Below the pieces are notes generated by a model. The model was not told the origin of the DNA. It made no database searches and worked only from the letters and a program-made list of their open reading frames with translations. The translations under genes were made by a program, and so were the position numbers. Of a stretch of 20,000 nt of DNA, positions 15,189 to 20,000 are shown in pieces (the first letter of the stretch is position 1; the number at the start of each line of letters is the position of its first letter). The DNA comes from an uncultured virus (IMG/VR IMGVR_UViG_3300042351_001072) (taxonomy: Duplodnaviria; Heunggongvirae; Uroviricota; Caudoviricetes): IMG/VR virus record IMGVR_UViG_3300042351_001072; one strand, given 5' to 3'.

Positions 15189-15917
15189 TTATTTTTTAAT
15201 TTTTAATACTTCCTTTTTATAGTATTCATCAAATCCATCTAAGTAATTTGTAATACTCTTACTTTTATCAACTCCAATAACTTCATCTATTAACCCAAAC
15301 TCCATTGCCTCATCTGAGTTATACCATCTGTCTCTTTCAGAGAAGTCCAACACCTCTTGGAATGTTTTTCCACAATTCTCAGCCAAAATTTTAAATAAGA
15401 TGTAATTGTATTTTTCACCTTCCATCTGATCAATACGTGTGTCTTGAATGTTTCCTTGTGTACCATGACTTACTTGGTGAGTCATTACTTTAGAATGAAT
15501 TAAAGATGATCTTTTACCTTTGGTACCTGAAGAAAGTAAAACAGATCCCATTGATGCACACATACCTAAATTAGTTGTGACAATATCAGAACTAACATAG
15601 TTCATAAGGTCAACAATACCAAGACCACACATCACAGATCCTCCAGGACTATTAAGATACAACGTAATGTCTTTCTTCTCCACAGAATCCAAAAACAATA
15701 ATTGAGCTTGTACAATATCAGACATATTTTGATTTACAGGTCCTGATAACCATAATATACGATCACGCATCAACCTTGAGAAGATATCAATTTGAGTCGC
15801 ACGTAACTCTCTTTCCTCCAAAATGTATGGTGTTAATGACGCTTCAAACTGATCTAATGCCATTGAACTAATCCCTTCGCTTTTTGCAAAACTTCTAAAC
15901 TCTTTTCCGTAATTCAT
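15189..15917 (-). CDS. clpP: ATP-dependent Clp protease proteolytic subunit
   Basis: DIFSRLMRDRI, QLLFL, YLNSPGGSV, catalytic Ser (CASMGS), His (MTHQ), Asp (ERDRW), EFGLIDEV. Confidence 0.96.
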   Translation of the reverse strand: MNYGKEFRSFAKSEGISSMALDQFEASLTPYILEERELRATQIDIFSRLMRDRILWLSGPVNQNMSDIVQAQLLFLDSVEKKDITLYLNSPGGSVMCGLGIVDLMNYVSSDIVTTNLGMCASMGSVLLSSGTKGKRSSLIHSKVMTHQVSHGTQGNIQDTRIDQMEGEKYNYILFKILAENCGKTFQEVLDFSERDRWYNSDEAMEFGLIDEVIGVDKSKSITNYLDGFDEYYKKEVLKIKK

Positions 15918-15921
15918 AATA

Positions 15922-16554
15922 TTATAATTTATTTTCTGTGTTTTTTATTTCGTAATAATAGTTGTTTGAATCTTCAGATACCCATTTATCCGATTGAGCT
16001 TCCACTGACTCAATGTGTGTATCAACTTTTAAACTTGATGGTTCTATTGGGAATGGTTTGGTCACCCAATTTGAATCTTTCCAATATATTCTGTTGTTAG
16101 GTTGACAAAGTAGATAACCATCATCCGCAATTAGTATATGCCCACACTTATAATCAGATGGTTCATCAGAATATGGATTTCTATACCAGTCTACTGTCAT
16201 AAGATAAGTAGCCCAAACTTTTGACCCGTCTTTTAATGCGACCTGACATCTTTTTTCATAAAGATAATCATAGGTAATAACACTTACATTTTCAGAGAAA
16301 CAATCCCATAATTGTTTAAAATCAAATGGAATATCATTTTTAGGTATTTCCATAAAAATTTCAGATATTGGGACTCTTGATCTTAACATTCCATAATCAG
16401 TCATAACATGAAATGTTAATATTTTACCCGCCAATGATTGAACTGCAAATGCATAAGCTTTGTGATAATCGTCCTTATCTTCTTCTTTTTTTGTGAAGTG
16501 TGATGCTCTCACATAACACTTAAATAATTCAATGTTTTCGTTTAATTTTGACAT
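15922..16554 (-). CDS. Conserved phage hypothetical protein; probable start MSKLNENI at 16554
   Basis: QLWDCFS, KCGHILIADDG, QPNNRIYW; ATG 16554 directly follows the upstream stop at 16556. Confidence 0.8.
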   Translation of the reverse strand: MSKLNENIELFKCYVRASHFTKKEEDKDDYHKAYAFAVQSLAGKILTFHVMTDYGMLRSRVPISEIFMEIPKNDIPFDFKQLWDCFSENVSVITYDYLYEKRCQVALKDGSKVWATYLMTVDWYRNPYSDEPSDYKCGHILIADDGYLLCQPNNRIYWKDSNWVTKPFPIEPSSLKVDTHIESVEAQSDKWVSEDSNNYYYEIKNTENKL

Positions 16555-16555
16555 T

Positions 16556-16972
16556 TTAATTTTTTTTAATCCATTTATTTTCTGAGTCCAGTTCAAACTC
16601 CCCAACAAACTCTTGTCTCCATTCAGTTGGTCTTATTAATGATAAGAAATATTCCCCATTATTTCTACGGTATAGGTAATATTTTTCCCCAACAACAGGT
16701 TGGAAATTGTAATTTGATGAGTAAACCATTCTATTCCACTCAAACTCATCAACCAATTTATTATACTCTTCCTTTATCTCATCATACCTTTTATTGAAGT
16801 AATGATTGGTTTTAAGGATCTTTTCATTTTTCCAAGTTGATACATTATCAGGAATTATGACCGGAGACCCAACATTTGTTGCATATGGAAGAAGATGGGC
16901 ATAATAACCCTTCTCCTCACTCCATACTGCATTATCGGGGTATTTATTTTCTTTTGGCATATCGTAAGACAT
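16556..16972 (-). CDS. DUF2452-like protein
   Basis: LLPYATNVGSPVI...YNFQPVVGEKYYLY...FLSLIRPTEW; family name from recall. Confidence 0.7.
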   Translation of the reverse strand: MSYDMPKENKYPDNAVWSEEKGYYAHLLPYATNVGSPVIIPDNVSTWKNEKILKTNHYFNKRYDEIKEEYNKLVDEFEWNRMVYSSNYNFQPVVGEKYYLYRRNNGEYFLSLIRPTEWRQEFVGEFELDSENKWIKKN

Positions 16973-17026
16973 TACACTTGGTAAATCAGAATACTGACAC
17001 CATAAATCATCAGTGTGTACCTAAAA

Positions 17027-18079
17027 TTAATTTGATAACGGGAAATATATTTTTGGGTGTGATTGATAATTTTCTAAAACAATATCATCCAAAGTATATT
17101 CTGAAATATCATTTACTGCCCTTTCAGATAATCTAACATTCGGTAATGGATATGACTCCCTTGTTAATTGTTCTTTAACACCATCTATATGATTTAAGTA
17201 GATATGACAATCACCTAAACTACAAATAACCTCATCAGGAACCATATTGACTTGTTTTGCCAACATCATAAGTAACAAAGAATATGAGCTGACGTTATAC
17301 GGCCATCCAAGTGCCGAATCGACACTGCGTTGGACCCACATTAAAGAGATTGCTCTGGTTGGGATATTATGTTTATCCATATATTCCATTGTTTTAGGTT
17401 CTTTGTAATGAACTGACACCCAGTTATCTAATTTTTTCATCAACTCATATCTTTCCTCCAAACTCAACTCTCTTGTATAACATTGAAATCCATAATGACA
17501 AGGTGGAAGCACCATCGTGTCCAGTTCTCCAATATTATAAGCATTAACCATCAATCGTCTTGAGTCTGGGTTTGTTTTAAGGTCACGGATTAGGTTTGCG
17601 ATTTGGTCAATTCCGTACTCAATCCTTCTTACACCTGCCTCTTTACTCTTATCTTCAACTACATCCCAACCTGTATGCCAACTTCTCCATTGCTTACCAT
17701 ACACAGGACCTAAATCACCCCACTTTCTAGCAAACTCATCATCTGTTTTGATATGTTCAATAAAATCTTCTTTACTCTTTGGCCATCTTACTTCATCACT
17801 ATCAACATATCTCTTATAAGCATCACCATCCCAAATATGACAATCATTATCAACAAGGTATTTGATGTTGGTATCACCTCTTAAAAACCATAGTAATTCA
17901 GTTACCATAGTTTTCCAAGCCATCTTCTTGGTTGTAAGAAGTGGAAATCCATCTTTCATATTATGACGAATCTGTCTACCGAATACAGATAATGTTCCTC
18001 CGTTTCTAGTTTCTTTTTTTACTCCGTTATCAAGAATGTCTTGAAGGAGTGATTGGTATGATTTATCTAGGTTGTTCAT
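17027..18079 (-). CDS. thyA: Thymidylate synthase
   Basis: FPLLTTKK, ELLWFLRGDTN, DLGPVYGKQWR, PDSRR, LPPCH, QRSVD, GDCHIYLNH. Confidence 0.97.
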   Translation of the reverse strand: MNNLDKSYQSLLQDILDNGVKKETRNGGTLSVFGRQIRHNMKDGFPLLTTKKMAWKTMVTELLWFLRGDTNIKYLVDNDCHIWDGDAYKRYVDSDEVRWPKSKEDFIEHIKTDDEFARKWGDLGPVYGKQWRSWHTGWDVVEDKSKEAGVRRIEYGIDQIANLIRDLKTNPDSRRLMVNAYNIGELDTMVLPPCHYGFQCYTRELSLEERYELMKKLDNWVSVHYKEPKTMEYMDKHNIPTRAISLMWVQRSVDSALGWPYNVSSYSLLLMMLAKQVNMVPDEVICSLGDCHIYLNHIDGVKEQLTRESYPLPNVRLSERAVNDISEYTLDDIVLENYQSHPKIYFPLSN

Positions 18080-18101
18080 ATTTTTCTATTGTTTATCTAA
18101 T

Positions 18102-18416
18102 TTATTCACAACTTTCGGTATTAAATTCAGTTTCGTCAGGAGTTTCCTCAATCATAGGTTGGTTTTCTAATCTCTCAATTACTATGTTAATTGCTTCAGG
18201 ATAATGAGTATATCCCTGTCCGAAATTAATTCCCGTTAGTCCCAATACCTCATTGTTAATGTAATGTCGGTTTTTACCCTTACCTTTTAAAATCTCGTGG
18301 TCCATTGAAACATCGTTCCAATCTCTCAATACAAGTCCAGTACCACTAGGTTCCTTGTAATGTAACCTAATGATATTGTTATGACTAAAGTTCTTAATAA
18401 ATTCTCCTAGTGTCAT
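18102..18416 (-). CDS. Hypothetical protein
   Basis: 104-aa ORF in the gene run. Confidence 0.8.
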   Translation of the reverse strand: MTLGEFIKNFSHNNIIRLHYKEPSGTGLVLRDWNDVSMDHEILKGKGKNRHYINNEVLGLTGINFGQGYTHYPEAINIVIERLENQPMIEETPDETEFNTESCE

Positions 18417-18430
18417 ATTATTTTATTTAT

Positions 18431-18673
18431 TTAATTGATGTCTTCCAATCCATCAATTTTATCTCTCAATGTGTTGATCGTTGAATGGACATATTCATCA
18501 AGTTCATGAGATACCTCCAAATACTTTCTTCTCAGTTCGTGGAACTTTTCATCCTGAACTTCTTTGAATGATGAGTAATGTTTGAAACAATAGTGGAAAC
18601 CTTCATTCTCCATTCTATAACGAACCATTTCAATTTCCTCTAATTGATTTTCTAATCTTTCTAAATCACTCAT
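18431..18673 (-). CDS. Hypothetical coiled-coil protein
   Basis: 80-aa ORF in the gene run. Confidence 0.8.
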   Translation of the reverse strand: MSDLERLENQLEEIEMVRYRMENEGFHYCFKHYSSFKEVQDEKFHELRRKYLEVSHELDEYVHSTINTLRDKIDGLEDIN

Positions 18674-18759
18674 TTCTTTAAAAATATATTTAATATAGAT
18701 TGTTTTACCACATTAAGATAGTACAAACAGACAAACAAATAAATCTTTATCTTCTTCAT
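18670..18759 (-). CDS. Putative 29-aa hydrophobic peptide
   Basis: Hand translation MKKIKIYLFVCLYYLNVVKQSILNIFLKK; fills the gap; ATGA overlap with the next gene. Confidence 0.55.
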   Translation of the reverse strand: MKKIKIYLFVCLYYLNVVKQSILNIFLKK

Positions 18760-18764
18760 TTGTT

Positions 18765-19175
18765 TTATACGGTGTGTTCTATATGAACTCTCACACAATT
18801 CTGAGGCATTCTATTCAAGTGTCTGTAATTGTTGATGTATCCCATCATATTACCGCTACCTACGGCATTTGCAGAGTGGATCACAACTTCTACTACAGGT
18901 TTACCATCCAACCATTGGTTAACCAACCATTTGGTGCAATCCATACCAGTTTTCTCAGTGATGTTATCGTAATTGATTATGTAGTTTTTCACAACACCGT
19001 AGTGCCATTCCGCCATCGCACTATCACCTAAGTCGTGATCCAACGATATTAATTCAATATTCTCCAACCCAATTGAGTTGATCTTTTGAACGAACTCATC
19101 ATAAGAACGTACAACGATCCAACTTGGATCCACTGGCGTTCTTACATCATCTAAATAAATTCTAACTTTGTCCAT
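18765..19175 (-). CDS. Cyclic-phosphate-processing receiver domain protein (cREC-like)
   Basis: IYLDDVRTP, WIVVRSYDEF, ISLDHDLG, TGMDCTKWL, HSANAVG. Confidence 0.85.
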   Translation of the reverse strand: MDKVRIYLDDVRTPVDPSWIVVRSYDEFVQKINSIGLENIELISLDHDLGDSAMAEWHYGVVKNYIINYDNITEKTGMDCTKWLVNQWLDGKPVVEVVIHSANAVGSGNMMGYINNYRHLNRMPQNCVRVHIEHTV

Positions 19176-19179
19176 ATTA

Positions 19180-19187
19180 CAAATATA
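19180..19187 (-). promoter_or_regulatory. Bacteroidota-type -7 element TATATTTG
   Basis: 4 nt before ATG 19175. Confidence 0.7.
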
Positions 19188-19190
19188 CTT

Positions 19191-19493
19191 TTATTTTTTT
19201 ATTAAACCTAATTCTAACCGATATTCTTTAATCTTAACTCTTGCTTCCTGATATTGATCACCATTATTGGCTTGATGACCTTTTGAAACCGCAAGAGTAA
19301 TTTCCATTTCATTATCAATAATGTAAGATATTTTTTCCTGATCCGTTAGTTCACATGGTGTTATTTCATTCTTAATATAAGTTAAGATCAATTGTTTAAT
19401 GTTAAGAACCTGTTTGTTAGGGTTGGTTTTACCATTATAACTCATAACAGAAGAATCGTAGATATACTTACATAGTTGTTGTAGTTTATCCAT
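19191..19493 (-). CDS. Hypothetical protein
   Basis: 100-aa ORF in the gene run. Confidence 0.8.
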   Translation of the reverse strand: MDKLQQLCKYIYDSSVMSYNGKTNPNKQVLNIKQLILTYIKNEITPCELTDQEKISYIIDNEMEITLAVSKGHQANNGDQYQEARVKIKEYRLELGLIKK

Positions 19494-19498
19494 TTCAA

Positions 19499-19759
19499 TT
19501 ATATTAACTCAAATTCTTTATTTACCAATTCTATTTCTTTATTCAATCTTTCAAGTTCTTTGGATATCATTTCTATGATAATCTCCTTGTTATTAAAACT
19601 TACATCACCTTTTACCATAAACGGTCCAGGATTCGTAAACTCAATTTTTACCCCCAACCCACAACCTTTAAGAGCACCTTCTAGTTTGTATTTTTGTCTT
19701 TCCAATCTATCAAGATTTTCTTTGATTATTTTTGCCTGTTCAAATTTTTCTATTTCCAT
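19499..19759 (-). CDS. Hypothetical coiled-coil protein
   Basis: 86-aa ORF in the gene run. Confidence 0.8.
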   Translation of the reverse strand: MEIEKFEQAKIIKENLDRLERQKYKLEGALKGCGLGVKIEFTNPGPFMVKGDVSFNNKEIIIEMISKELERLNKEIELVNKEFELI

Positions 19760-19877
19760 TTTTATATTTTTTACGTAAGTATTCTTCCCAAACTTCTTGT
19801 TTTATTCCGTTCACAAAAAACCAACCAAGATTTAATTCAAACCATTTATTAATCCGATAAAAAGTTTTTTTGATCAT
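19740..19877 (-). CDS. Small hypothetical protein (45 aa)
   Basis: Hand translation MIKKLFYRINKWFELNLGWFFVNGIKQEVWEEYLRKKYKNGNRKI; starts 2 nt after the upstream stop. Confidence 0.65.
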   Translation of the reverse strand: MIKKTFYRINKWFELNLGWFFVNGIKQEVWEEYLRKKYKNGNRKI

Positions 19878-19879
19878 AT

Positions 19880-20000
19880 TTAAAAATTTCTTAATTTTTG
19901 ATAATCTTCTTTGGTTAAAACAATTTCATTTAAATCTGAGTTTAAACCTCTAATGGTTTTCCAAGCTTCCTTAACTCTATTCCACAAAGATTTATTCCCA
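19880..20000 (-). CDS. 3' end of a hypothetical protein starting outside the window
   Basis: ...GNKSLWNRVKEAWKTIRGLNSDLNEIVLTKEDYQKLRNF-stop. Confidence 0.7.
   Translation of the reverse strand, partial: GNKSLWNRVKEAWKTIRGLNSDLNEIVLTKEDYQKLRNF

Noticed and set aside
13247..18079. Bacterial chromosomal origin of the clpP/thyA/rmlC region
   Set aside because: No clpX/tig, folA or rmlABD context; the genes are interspersed with small phage-type hypotheticals.
2070..19778. Short opposite-strand or nested ORFs in the track (2070, 3516, 5046, 6470, 6878, 7196, 7855, 8691, 9614, 9657, 9906, 11811, 12942, 14399, 16876, 18774, 19560)
   Set aside because: They overlap longer, better-supported genes and have shadow-frame composition with no motifs or promoters.
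1..20000. Stop-codon reassignment
   Set aside because: Conserved genes are intact and coding density is high under the standard code; TGA and TAG both occur at sensible gene ends.

Overview
AT-rich, gene-dense window, mostly on the minus strand, that reads as part of a large tailed-phage genome. The host is probably Bacteroidota, based on TAnnTTTG promoters, a Flavobacteria-style ClpP and a DUF2452-like gene. Standard genetic code; no rRNA, tRNA, CRISPR array or mobile element seen. The right third (13.2-20 kb) holds host-like and metabolic genes (rmlC, metallophosphoesterase, clpP, thyA, cyclic-phosphate receiver domain), some behind host-type TAnnTTTG promoters that appear to give leaderless mRNAs. 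The left two thirds are dominated by genes behind a second recurring motif, (A/G)TATTTAT. Their otherwise unrelated proteins share short N-terminal leaders ending in (I/L)-x-E, resembling capsid-targeting/prohead-protease sites, which suggests a late regulon of head-packaged, injected cargo. Candidate cargo includes an SGNH esterase-PG-binding-lytic transglycosylase fusion, a Dps/ferritin-like protein, a PD-(D/E)xK-like protein, a zinc finger and an annexin-like membrane protein. An unlisted 46-aa ORF with an ArfA-like motif is at 260-400. Family assignments come from motif recognition by eye; no searches were run.
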